Made by a program: the position numbers and the translations under genes. From Longimicrobiales bacterium (GTDB lineage Bacteria; Gemmatimonadota; Gemmatimonadetes; Longimicrobiales; Gaopeijiaceae), in NCBI GenBank assembly GCA_965249725.1, contig CBDFMQ010000002.1, positions 1,152,001 to 1,216,000 of the forward strand: 64,000 bases of DNA, in the 5' to 3' direction. Below are positions 38,401 through 48,036 of this stretch, piece after piece. The notes beneath the pieces were generated by a model that saw only the letters and a list, made by a program, of their open reading frames with translations, had not been told where the DNA came from and made no database searches. The stretch's first letter is position 1. Each line of letters starts with the position of its first letter.

Positions 38401-39899
38401 ATCTTCTGGCTGGCCAGAGCCACGAGTCCTTCGTTGGTCCGGGTACGCCGCATGACCCCGAGCAGTTCGCTCATGGCGTCGGCCGGTGACACGTCAGACA
38501 ATTGTCGACGCATCGCCCGTGAGACGGACAGGCTGTCGGAATCGAGCAGCAACTCCTCTTTCCGCGTCGCCGACGCGGTGAGATCGATGGCCGGGTAGAG
38601 CCTCTTGTCCGCCAACTCCCGACTGAGCACCAACTCGCTGTTTCCCGTGCCCTTGAATTCCTCGAAGATGACTTGGTCCATCCGGGATCCGGTGTCGACG
38701 AGAGCCGTGGCGACGATCGTCAATGATCCCCCACCCTGCCGAGGGTCGATCTTCCGCGCACTGCCGATGAAGCGCTTCGGCTTCTCTAGCGAATTCGCAT
38801 CGAGTCCTCCAGAGAGTGTACGACCGCTCCCCTCCTCGACCGAGTTGTAGGCCCGCGCGAGCCGCGTGATCGAATCCAGAATGATCACCACGTCCTTGCC
38901 GCTCTCCACCATCCGGCGAGCGCGCTCGAGAGTCATTTCGGCGACCTGGCAGTGACGCTCGGCCGGTCGGTCGAAACTCGATGCGATCACCTCGCCGAAG
39001 CCGCACATCTCCATGTCCGTGATCTCCTCGGGCCGTTCGTCGGCAAGGAGGATCAACAGCGTGCACTCCGGGTGGTTCGTCACGATCCCCTCGGCAACCG
39101 CCTGGAGCACCGTGGTCTTACCGGCCTTCGAGGGAGCGACGATCATGGCCCGCTGTCCCTTGCCGAACGGGCAGAACAGGTCGATGACGCGATTCGTGTA
39201 GTCCGGCTCTCCGCCCACGGTCCGATCACAGGACAGGGTGAGCTGCTCGCTGGGGTGAACCGCACTCAAACGGTTGAAATCGGGGCGTCGGCTGGCGTCG
39301 TCAGGAGGACCCCCGTTGACCAGGCCCAGATGTGTAAGCGGCGGACTCTTGCCGTTCTTGGGACGCCGTCCTACGGATCCGGTGAGTTCGTCTCCGGTAC
39401 GCAGGCCGAACTTATGAATCACTTTGGCGCCGACGTAGATGTCTTCCTGGCTGGCTATGTAGCCCGCATCACGGCGGCGGATGAACCCTGAGCCACTACC
39501 GAGCACTTCAAGGAGGCCCAGGGGCTCTCCGGGCACGTAGTTCTCATCGGTCTCATTGAATTCATAGTCGTACTCATCCGGAGCATTCCGATTCTGCTGC
39601 TGCCGGTTCTGCTGCTGCCGGTTCTGCTGCTGGCCACCCTGCTGCTGGCCACCTTGCTGCTGGCCACCTTGCTGCCCCCGACCTCGACCCCGACCTCGGC
39701 CTCGCTTCTGTCGGCCTCGTTGGCCTCGACCGCGCTGCGGGGGACGATCCTGTTTGTCCCCAGACTCGGAACGATCCTGGGACGCAGAGGAACCCTGTTC
39801 CTCTCGATTCTGCTGCTCGGGACCCTTCTGGTCCGGAGACTCCGGCTGATCCTGCTGTGCCTCGGAATCGAGGCGATCATTGGGTGTGTTACCGTCCAC
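38397..39899 (-). CDS. rho: Transcription termination factor Rho with low-complexity N-terminal extension
   Basis: GFIR, DIYV and GLRTGD RNA-binding motifs, PFGKGQR, APSKAGKT, DERPEE, LDSITRLARAYN, GRTLSGG, FEEFKGTGN. Confidence 0.93.
   Translation of the reverse strand: MDGNTPNDRLDSEAQQDQPESPDQKGPEQQNREEQGSSASQDRSESGDKQDRPPQRGRGQRGRQKRGRGRGRGRGQQGGQQQGGQQQGGQQQNRQQQNRQQQNRNAPDEYDYEFNETDENYVPGEPLGLLEVLGSGSGFIRRRDAGYIASQEDIYVGAKVIHKFGLRTGDELTGSVGRRPKNGKSPPLTHLGLVNGGPPDDASRRPDFNRLSAVHPSEQLTLSCDRTVGGEPDYTNRVIDLFCPFGKGQRAMIVAPSKAGKTTVLQAVAEGIVTNHPECTLLILLADERPEEITDMEMCGFGEVIASSFDRPAERHCQVAEMTLERARRMVESGKDVVIILDSITRLARAYNSVEEGSGRTLSGGLDANSLEKPKRFIGSARKIDPRQGGGSLTIVATALVDTGSRMDQVIFEEFKGTGNSELVLSRELADKRLYPAIDLTASATRKEELLLDSDSLSVSRAMRRQLSDVSPADAMSELLGVMRRTRTNEGLVALASQKI
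39590..39676. repeat. 15-bp tandem units encoding (GGQQQ)3(NRQQQ)2NR in Rho
   Basis: ctgctgctggccacc and ctgctgctgccggtt units read directly. Confidence 0.85.
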
Positions 39900-40312
39900 T
39901 ATTTTGAATTTCCTTGCTCTGGGCCCAACGAATCCTGGGCCAGGCTACACTGTTCGAGGAACGCACAACTACGAATGTCATCACTCCGCCTACACGCCCT
40001 CACCGTCTGAGACGGCTGGCATGCGTACCGAGATATTCACGACCGAGATACTCAGGCTCGAAAAGGATTCGGCACCCCTGGCGATGTCGGGGTGCCCCGT
40101 CCAATTTGCCAGCCCGTGTTCGCATGCGAAGGCGCACAGGCAATCCGACGGTATAAACCGCCGGGGACGGTGAGTCCGAGATTGGAACGACTCGAGAGTT
40201 CGGCCTGAAGTATCAGAAATCTGCGTTCCAGGCACCCGAATGGGTGGTCACTAATCTTCCTCGTTTCGTGCTCCATGGCAAGGGACGCGGTCGCAACACC
40301 GGAGACTGAGCC

Positions 40313-41611
40313 ATGCTGTCCGTTCGTCATCAGCGTCGCGATTTCCTCAAATCGTTGGCGGCCTTGGCTCTCGCCGGGCCCGCCGTCTCACGTCTCGAAC
40401 TCGTCGAAGAGGCGTTCGGTGCCGAACTCGAGTACGTCGCTTCCGGCCCTCGTTCCGCTGCCACCTGGGAGGCACTCCGAGAGCGATACATGCTTGCCTC
40501 CGACGTCGTCTATCTGAATCACGCCTCGATCGGAACGATTCCGCGAGCAGTCCACGAGGCATGTGTCGAGTACATGCGCGTCTGCGAGGAAAACCCCTGG
40601 CTGTATATGTGGGGCGGCGCCTGGGAGGAGCCCCGCGAGGCCGTCCGCAACAAAGCCGCCGCCCTCCTCGGAGCCGATCCCGACACCGTCGCCATCACAC
40701 ACAACACCACGGAGGGCTTCAACGTCCTGGCCCAAGGCCTGCCGCTGGGCCCAGGTGACGAGGTACTCTACAGCTCCATGAATCACGATGGTGCCAGCGT
40801 CGCGTGGGACCACCACGCCTCCAGGAGAGGATACGCCGTCCGCCGCTTCGACTTTCCGGTGACGGACGTACCCAACCTCACCGTCGACCAGGTTGTCGAG
40901 ATCCATCGCCGCCAGATTCGTCCCGAGACCAGGGTGCTCGTCTTCCCCCATGTGGACAACATCGTGGGTCTCCGGCACCCCATGGCGGCCCTCACGGCGA
41001 TGGCCAGGGCGGAGGGCGTTGAGTTCGTTGCGGTGGACGGAGCGCAAACCGCCGGCATGATTCCCCTGGACCTCGAAGCGTCGGGAGTCGACGCCTACTC
41101 GACCAGTCCACACAAGTGGATCCAGTCTCCCAAGGGCCTGGGCCTTCTCTACGTGAGACGAGAGGCCCTCGAGGCGGTCCACCCGATGTGGGTCACATGG
41201 GGCCAACGCCGCTGGTCCGGGAGCGCACGAATGTTCGAGGACTACGGCACGCGCAACCTTGCCGAACTTCTGGCCATGGGTGATGGGCTCGACTTCCAGA
41301 ACAGCCTCGGATCCGAGCACAAGGAGACCCGATACCGGGAAATCCGGGAGGACCTGAAGGCCCGCGTTGAGGCCGACCCGTCCCTCTCCTGGCGTTCGCC
41401 CGAGAATTGGGAACTCGGCGGATCGCTCATCGGGATCGGCTTTGAATCGCCGGGGGCCAACGCGGTGTCGGTCGGCATGTACACCGATCGGGGCATCGTC
41501 CTCCGTCCCTTCCAGACCCAGGGCCTCAACGCCCTGCGGATCTCTCCCAACACGATCACATCTTCACAGGAGATCGAGGCCCTTTTCTCGGCTCTCGACG
41601 CTCGGAGCTGA
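40313..41611 (+). CDS. Tat-exported PLP class V aminotransferase / C-S lyase family protein (isopenicillin-N epimerase-like)
   Basis: RRDFLK twin-arginine signal, YLNHASIG, NTTEG, VDGAQ, SPHKW (PLP Lys), LRISP. Confidence 0.85.
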   Translation: MLSVRHQRRDFLKSLAALALAGPAVSRLELVEEAFGAELEYVASGPRSAATWEALRERYMLASDVVYLNHASIGTIPRAVHEACVEYMRVCEENPWLYMWGGAWEEPREAVRNKAAALLGADPDTVAITHNTTEGFNVLAQGLPLGPGDEVLYSSMNHDGASVAWDHHASRRGYAVRRFDFPVTDVPNLTVDQVVEIHRRQIRPETRVLVFPHVDNIVGLRHPMAALTAMARAEGVEFVAVDGAQTAGMIPLDLEASGVDAYSTSPHKWIQSPKGLGLLYVRREALEAVHPMWVTWGQRRWSGSARMFEDYGTRNLAELLAMGDGLDFQNSLGSEHKETRYREIREDLKARVEADPSLSWRSPENWELGGSLIGIGFESPGANAVSVGMYTDRGIVLRPFQTQGLNALRISPNTITSSQEIEALFSALDARS

Positions 41612-41744
41612 GCCGGAATCGACCGGGGAGCCTGTCCTCCACAAGCCTTTCTCCGTGTCCTCCGGTGGTGACACAGGGGATAATCCATAGATCTCACGCC
41701 CGGGAATATGGCTTAAATAAAGGGTTCTCCGGATATGCCTTTAG

Positions 41745-41760
41745 TGGCACGCGCCGTGCA
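41745..41760 (+). promoter_or_regulatory. Putative sigma-54 (-24/-12) promoter
   Basis: TGGCACGCGCCGTGCA versus consensus TGGCACGN4TTGC(A/T), one mismatch, 35 bp upstream of GTG 41796; AT-rich tract upstream. Confidence 0.55.
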
Positions 41761-41795
41761 CTGGTTTTCATCGAGATCTTCCAAGGAGGCACATC

Positions 41796-43211
41796 GTGCG
41801 TAGGCTGATCGGAACGGCGTTGGTACTCGGCTTCGCCCTCACCTGGCGTCCCGAAGCGGTATCTGGACAGTATTCCTGGAGCAGCTTCTCCTTCTCCTTG
41901 GGGGTCGGCTTTGGAGTGGGGCTGTCCTACACGACCGTGGATCCATGGTACCAGCCTGCCTATGACGATCTCTGCTGGTCGTACACCTACTACGACTCGT
42001 ACTCGTACCCCTGCCGTCGCAGCTACTATGACGCGGGCTACTCCGACTACGGCTACGGCTATCACGACCACTATCACAGCCGCCGCTACATCAGTCTCTC
42101 ATATGGCTACATGCCTTGGCGCTTCTCCTATCCGGCCTATTGGGGCTACGGGTGGGGCGTCCCCTACTGGGGCGGCAGCACACGGTTGGCCTTCGGCAGC
42201 CTCTACGACTACAACTGGTTCGGCTACCGGAATCACCGGGGTGGGGTGAGCAGCGCGTATACCTACGGCGACTACGCCTACTACAACTATCGGGCACCGA
42301 ACACTTACGTGCCGCCTCGTTCGACCCAAGCAACCGGACGGTATGCCAGAGGAGGGGCCGTCAACGGTCTCGGCTACAAAGAGTCGCCACGGTCCACCTC
42401 TGCCACACGTGTGGCGACCAATCGTGGAGGAACCTCGAGTGCCGCCGCCGCCAACAGCGCCGCGCGGAGTGATGTCTCAGCGACCGTCGCCCGCTCCGCC
42501 CAGCGGAACGCCGCAGGTGGTCGAGCGGTCGCGCCCCGGACGCGTGCTTCCGCGGACCGAGCCGCCCCCAGCAGCGGGGCGAGGGCCGTACGGCCGACCG
42601 TGACGAGAGCTCGTCCTACGGACGCCGTGCGGGGTCGGACTGACGTACGCTCCGGAGTGGCCCGAACGCGAGCACCGGCAGCCCGCTCAGCGCCCTCGAG
42701 GAGCGCGACTCCTTCAGCGAGAACCGCACCGTCTACCCGTCGGTCCAACGCCGATCGGCCGTCGCCGAGCACGCGCTCGAACCTACGGCTCCGGGACCCG
42801 AGTTCCGCACGCGCGGCGCCTTCGAGGTCGAGCACGCGTTCGACGAGGCCCGATAGGGCTCGTCCGGTGCCCCGGGCGGCCCCGAGCCGTACCAGGAGTG
42901 CACCGTCCAGGTCCACCCGGAGGGCACCGTCGAAGCCTACACCGAGTCGGAGTTCGGCCAGGAGCGCCAGGCCACCTCGGACCTCTACTCGCGCGGCAAG
43001 GCCGAGCGTGAGTCCGCGCCGGAGTGCCGGCCGCGGAGCATCGGCCCGTAGCGCTCCTCGTTCATCGACGCGTAGCGCACCCCGGTCATCGGCCCGTAGC
43101 GGCCGTGGATCAGCCTCGATGCGTAGCGCACCCCGTTCGTCGGGTCGCAGCGCTCCCTCCCGGAGCCGCTCGGGTGGTTCCCGCTCAGGCGTGCGCCCCA
43201 GGGGGGGCTGA
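41796..43211 (+). CDS. Secreted hypothetical protein with Tyr/Gly-rich domain and long Arg/Ser/Ala/Pro-rich disordered tail
   Basis: AAGGAGG RBS, signal peptide, FSFSLGVGFG, Y/W/G-rich region, (RSAP)n repeats. Confidence 0.72.
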   Translation: MRRLIGTALVLGFALTWRPEAVSGQYSWSSFSFSLGVGFGVGLSYTTVDPWYQPAYDDLCWSYTYYDSYSYPCRRSYYDAGYSDYGYGYHDHYHSRRYISLSYGYMPWRFSYPAYWGYGWGVPYWGGSTRLAFGSLYDYNWFGYRNHRGGVSSAYTYGDYAYYNYRAPNTYVPPRSTQATGRYARGGAVNGLGYKESPRSTSATRVATNRGGTSSAAAANSAARSDVSATVARSAQRNAAGGRAVAPRTRASADRAAPSSGARAVRPTVTRARPTDAVRGRTDVRSGVARTRAPAARSAPSRSATPSARTAPSTRRSNADRPSPSTRSNLRLRDPSSARAAPSRSSTRSTRPDRARPVPRAAPSRTRSAPSRSTRRAPSKPTPSRSSARSARPPRTSTRAARPSVSPRRSAGRGASARSAPRSSTRSAPRSSARSGRGSASMRSAPRSSGRSAPSRSRSGGSRSGVRPRGG

Positions 43212-43220
43212 CCGGAGCAG

Positions 43221-44447
43221 TTACGCTCCTACCACGACGCCGTCTTGGACCACTGATCGGCACGGGTTGACGCCGATCCAGTAGGCCAGTTCGCGTGGGT
43301 GATTCACGTCCCATAGGGCCAGATCGGCCCGTTTCCCCGACTCGAGCGTACCCACTTCGGTCCCCAGACCCAGGGCCAGCGCGGCGTTCCTCGTCACCCC
43401 TGCGAGCGCCTCTTCCGGAGTCAGACGGAAGAGTGTGCAGCCCATGTTCAGGATCGTAAGGAGCGAGAGGATCGGTGACGAGCCCGGGTTGGCGTCGGTC
43501 GCCAGGGCCATGGGTACGCCGGCGTTCCTGAACGCATCTACCGGAGGCCTATGCGTTTCGCTCAGGTAGTAGAACGCTCCGGGAAGCAGGACTGCGACGG
43601 TCCCCGCGGCCGCCATCGCGCTCACCCCGTCTTCGGACGTGTACTCGAGGTGGTCGGCGGAGAGGGCCGAGAAGCTGGCGGCGAGCGCGGCACCTCCCGT
43701 ATCCGAAAGCTGATCCGCGTGCAGCCGGACGGGCAGGCCCATGCTCGTTGCGGCATGAAAGAACGTCGTGCACTCCTCAGGTGTGAAGGCGATGCCTTCG
43801 CAGAAGGCATCGACAGCGTCGACCAGCCCCTCCTCTACCGCCGCCGGAAGAAGCTCGTCCACGACCATCGAAACAAACTCGCCTCGTCGGCCGTCGAACT
43901 CGGGCGGAAGCGCATGGAGAGCGAGCAGCGTGGTCCGCACGGTCACGGGAAGGCTCTCGCCCAGGCTCCGCGCGGCCCGCAGCATCGTCAACTCGGTGGT
44001 CACGTCCATGCCGTACCCGGACTTGATCTCCAGGGTGGTGACGCCCTGCCGCAGGAGTCGGCCGACGCGTCCTGCCGCGGCAAACTCCAGTTCGCCAGGA
44101 GAGGCCTCCCGCGTGTCACGTACGGTGGACCGGATCCCTCCACCCGCCTGAGCGATCTCGGCGTACGTAGCACCCTGCAGGCGCGCCTCGAACTCATCCG
44201 CCCTGTCCCCTCCGAACACCAGGTGTGTGTGGCAATCGATGAGACCTGGAGTAATCCAGGCACCGCCGACGTCGTGCACCTGTGTGTCCGGGCCGATATC
44301 GCCATCTGGGACGTCCGACCTGGACCCCACCCAGTCGAGCCGTCCTCCGGTGACGGCCACGGCACCGTCGGCTACCTCTCCAAAAGCGGCTCCCCCACCT
44401 TGCATGGTGGCGAGGTGGGCATTGAGCCAAACGCTGTCGAAAGCCAA
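43221..44447 (-). CDS. hutI: Imidazolonepropionase
   Basis: [48 protein letters not shown]. Confidence 0.95.
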   Translation of the reverse strand: MAFDSVWLNAHLATMQGGGAAFGEVADGAVAVTGGRLDWVGSRSDVPDGDIGPDTQVHDVGGAWITPGLIDCHTHLVFGGDRADEFEARLQGATYAEIAQAGGGIRSTVRDTREASPGELEFAAAGRVGRLLRQGVTTLEIKSGYGMDVTTELTMLRAARSLGESLPVTVRTTLLALHALPPEFDGRRGEFVSMVVDELLPAAVEEGLVDAVDAFCEGIAFTPEECTTFFHAATSMGLPVRLHADQLSDTGGAALAASFSALSADHLEYTSEDGVSAMAAAGTVAVLLPGAFYYLSETHRPPVDAFRNAGVPMALATDANPGSSPILSLLTILNMGCTLFRLTPEEALAGVTRNAALALGLGTEVGTLESGKRADLALWDVNHPRELAYWIGVNPCRSVVQDGVVVGA

Positions 44448-44502
44448 AGGGAGTCCTATTCCGTTGGTGTTTCCGGTCGGGCGTGGATTCTCTCGGAGGC
44501 GG

Positions 44503-46344
44503 TCAACCCTCGAGTGCCGCCTCTACGTACCCTTCCACCTCTCGCACCGCCTCGTCGGCACCCTGAAGGAGTCCATCCAGCTTTCCCCGAACCTCCTGGT
44601 CGAACACTTCATCTGAGATGTTCGGGAGGTTGATGCGCACGTTGTAGATGGCCGACTTGAGGCCCGCATGAGCCATGAGCGCTCCGGAACCGACGTCGCT
44701 GATCATCTCTGGCGTGGCCATGGCGGCCATCTCCTTGCAGAGGGTCATCGCTTCCAAGCAACCCTCTGCGGTCCCGAGGGGAACGAGCGTCGCCGTCTTG
44801 TATCCCTCTTGAATCGCCTCTGAACGAGCGACCCGCTCCTCTTCGGTATCTCTCGGCATACGCATGCCCGTGAGGACAGAATCGAACGCCTGCGTGTCCT
44901 CGTCCACCATGCGCACGAGTCGGTCCTTCACCGCCTGCGCCCGCTCTGCGATCGAGCAGAGCTGCTCGTAGCGATCGTCGAATTCGCCCTTCCCGACGGA
45001 CAGGTTCACCACCATGGACGCCAAGGCCCCACCGAGGGCTCCTGCCAACGCGGCTACCGATCCACCACCCGGCGCGGGCGTCTCCCGGGAGACCTCGTCG
45101 ATGAAGTCGTAGGTGGGCCGTAGCACCAACGGTCCCTCGACGGTGGGCATCGCAAGCACCTTCTCCCGCACGTCGAACTGCGCGACATCCCTTAGCCCCA
45201 TGGACTGGATCGCCGTCTCCAGAAGGTCGGGTACCGGGATTCCCGTCGACTTCATGGCCCGGCGCCGATAGAAGACACCGGCCTGCCTCAAGGCCTCGAA
45301 GGGGATGAGGCCCACCAGTTCCGAGCCGGTAATGACGACGCCCCGCTTGCGAGCCTCTTCCCGAGCGGCCTCGAGAACCTCATGGGGCGGACTGACATTG
45401 AAGTTCGTGAAGTTGATGCTGATTTGTGCTCGGTCGTACTCGTCGATCACCCATCCGATCGCCTTCACATCGGTGAAAAGACCATCGTCGAAAACGGGTC
45501 CGGTCGGAGCCTCCGGATCGACGTCGAGGGCCTGATACCGCGCCCGAAGATCACCTCCGTGCACTTCCTTATAGTGCTTCTCAAGCCCCTCGAAGGTCTC
45601 GCCCACGAAGTCGCACGGCCCGCACGGATAGGTGCCGTCCTCGGCGAAGCGAACAACCTCACCTTTGTAGTAGAAGGGTTCGGTGTTGCCCACCCGCTTC
45701 CAACGCCCCCTCTCCCGGATTGCATATGCGATGTCGTTGGCATAGCGCCGGTCGGTGGAGTTGAGGTTGATGTTGTACGCGATCAAGAACTCCCGGGCAC
45801 CCACACAGGTGGCCCCGGCGCTCGGATTCAGATCCTGCGGCCCGAAATCCGGGTGCCAGTCGGGATCCTTGAGCTTCTCGGCCATCCCTTCGTACTCGCC
45901 GGCTCGCACCTGGGCCAGGTTCCGCCGTTCGGGGCGGCTCGCCGCGTGTTCGTAAAGGAAGATCGGAATGTCCAGCTCGGCCCCGATCCGCTCTCCGACT
46001 CGTTGGGCCATGGCCACACATTCGTCCATGGTCACACCGGACACCGGCACGAAGGGGACGACGTCTGTGGCACCCATCCGGGGATGCTCACCCTGATGCT
46101 CCCGCATGTCGATGAGTTGGGCCGCGCGGGCGACGCACTGAAAGGCGGCCTCCTCCACCGCTTCGGGAGGGCCGACGAACGTGACCACCGTCCTGTTCGT
46201 ATTGGCCCCCGGATCGACGTCGAGAAGGCGTACGCCCGCTACCGCTTCAGCGGCGTTGGTGATTTCCTTCAGGACAGCGGGATTTCGCCCCTCGGAGAAG
46301 TTGGGAACACACTCGACGATCCGTTGAGACATCTGTTGAGACAT
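44503..46344 (-). CDS. ftcD: Bifunctional glutamate formimidoyltransferase / formimidoyl-THF cyclodeaminase
   Basis: [60 protein letters not shown]-terminal [10 protein letters not shown] and NVRINL. Confidence 0.93.
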   Translation of the reverse strand: MSQQMSQRIVECVPNFSEGRNPAVLKEITNAAEAVAGVRLLDVDPGANTNRTVVTFVGPPEAVEEAAFQCVARAAQLIDMREHQGEHPRMGATDVVPFVPVSGVTMDECVAMAQRVGERIGAELDIPIFLYEHAASRPERRNLAQVRAGEYEGMAEKLKDPDWHPDFGPQDLNPSAGATCVGAREFLIAYNINLNSTDRRYANDIAYAIRERGRWKRVGNTEPFYYKGEVVRFAEDGTYPCGPCDFVGETFEGLEKHYKEVHGGDLRARYQALDVDPEAPTGPVFDDGLFTDVKAIGWVIDEYDRAQISINFTNFNVSPPHEVLEAAREEARKRGVVITGSELVGLIPFEALRQAGVFYRRRAMKSTGIPVPDLLETAIQSMGLRDVAQFDVREKVLAMPTVEGPLVLRPTYDFIDEVSRETPAPGGGSVAALAGALGGALASMVVNLSVGKGEFDDRYEQLCSIAERAQAVKDRLVRMVDEDTQAFDSVLTGMRMPRDTEEERVARSEAIQEGYKTATLVPLGTAEGCLEAMTLCKEMAAMATPEMISDVGSGALMAHAGLKSAIYNVRINLPNISDEVFDQEVRGKLDGLLQGADEAVREVEGYVEAALEG

Positions 46345-46350
46345 CTAGGG

Positions 46351-48036
46351 TCAGCCCTCACGCATTGGAAGACGAAGTCCTTCTCGGTCGGCGGTTTCGA
46401 CCGCCTTCTCGTATCCCGCGTCGGCATGTCGTACCACACCGATCCCGGGATCGTTGGTCAGCACGCGGCGAATGCGCTCGGACATCTGGGGTGAGCCGTC
46501 GGCTACGAGGACCTGGCCCGCATGAAGCGAATTGCCGATGCCCACTCCCCCCCCGTGATGGAACGACACCCAGCTCGCACCCGACGCCGTGTTCAGCAGG
46601 GCGTTCAGTATAGGCCAATCGGCGACCGCATCGCTGCCATCGAGCATGGCCTCGGTCTCGCGATAGGGAGAGGCCACCGATCCCGTATCCAGATGGTCGC
46701 GCCCGATCACGATGGGTGCCGAGATCTCACCGCTGCCGACAAGCTCGTTCATCGCCACGCCGAATCGAGCCCGCTCACCCTGCCCAAGCCAACAGATCCT
46801 GGCCGGCAATCCCTGGAAGTGGACCTTCTCACGCGCCATACCGATCCAGCGTATCAGATGCTCGTCATCGGGGAACATCTCGAGAACCAAATCGTCGGTC
46901 CGGTGAATGTCGGCGGGATCTCCGGAGAGTGCGACCCACCGGAACGGTCCCTTACCCTCACAGAACAGGGGCCGGACGTACGCCGGCACGAAGCCCGGAA
47001 AGGCGAAAGCGTCTGCGAAACCAGCGTCCAGAGCCTGGGTCCGAAGGTTGTTGCCGTAGTCCGTCGTGTGGGCACCCGCCCGCATGAGTGCCACCATTGC
47101 CTCACAGTGGACACGCATCGACTCCATGGACCGGCGTACGTAGTCGTCCGGATCGGCCGTACGTAGCGCCTCGGCCTCGGCCAACGAGAGGCCTGCCGGG
47201 ACATAGCCGTTCAGCGGGTCGTGGGCGGACGTCTGATCAGTGAGCAGATCGGGTACGATGCCGCGTGCCGCGATCTCGGGGATCACCTCCGCGCAGTTGC
47301 CCACCAGACCGACGCTGAGGGCCTCACCCCGGTCGGCAGCACCACGGGTCCATTCGAGCGCCTCGTCGAGATCATCGGTCATCCGGTCGCAGTATCCCGT
47401 GTCGAGTCGGCGCTGAATTCGGGTGGGATCCACCTCGACGACCAGGATCGCGCCGCCGTTCATCGTCGCGGCAAGCGGCTGCGCGCCACCCATTCCCCCC
47501 ATCCCTCCGGTGAGCACCCAGCGACCCTTCAGGCTCGAGCCGAAGTGCTGTTGTGCCATGGCCCCGAAGGTCTCGTACGTCCCCTGCAGAATGCCCTGGC
47601 TTCCGATGTAGATCCACGAGCCGGCCGTCATCTGGCCGTACATCATGAGGCCTTTCTGCTCGAGCTCGTTGAAGTGGTCCCAGTTGGCCCAACGACCCAC
47701 GAGGTTGGAGTTGGCGAGGAGCACTCGGGGGGCATCGGTATGGGTGGTGAAGACGCCGACCGGCTTGCCGGACTGAACGAGCAGGGTCTCGTCGTCCTCC
47801 AGCTCCCTAAGGGTCGCCACGATTCGATCGAACGCTTCCCAACTCCGGGCGGCCCGACCGGTTCCACCGTAGACGACCAGATCCTCGGGGCGTTCGGCAA
47901 CGTCCGGATCGAGGTTGTTCATCAGCATCCGGAGTGCCGCTTCCTGCGTCCATCCCTTGCAGGAAAGATCATTGCCGCGAGGGGCGCGGATGGTCCGCGC
48001 TCCGACGGTAGTGCTCAAAGCTGAATCCTCCCTCAC
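46351..48036 (-). CDS. hutU: Urocanate hydratase
   Basis: [57 protein letters not shown]. Confidence 0.97.
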   Translation of the reverse strand: MREDSALSTTVGARTIRAPRGNDLSCKGWTQEAALRMLMNNLDPDVAERPEDLVVYGGTGRAARSWEAFDRIVATLRELEDDETLLVQSGKPVGVFTTHTDAPRVLLANSNLVGRWANWDHFNELEQKGLMMYGQMTAGSWIYIGSQGILQGTYETFGAMAQQHFGSSLKGRWVLTGGMGGMGGAQPLAATMNGGAILVVEVDPTRIQRRLDTGYCDRMTDDLDEALEWTRGAADRGEALSVGLVGNCAEVIPEIAARGIVPDLLTDQTSAHDPLNGYVPAGLSLAEAEALRTADPDDYVRRSMESMRVHCEAMVALMRAGAHTTDYGNNLRTQALDAGFADAFAFPGFVPAYVRPLFCEGKGPFRWVALSGDPADIHRTDDLVLEMFPDDEHLIRWIGMAREKVHFQGLPARICWLGQGERARFGVAMNELVGSGEISAPIVIGRDHLDTGSVASPYRETEAMLDGSDAVADWPILNALLNTASGASWVSFHHGGGVGIGNSLHAGQVLVADGSPQMSERIRRVLTNDPGIGVVRHADAGYEKAVETADREGLRLPMREG

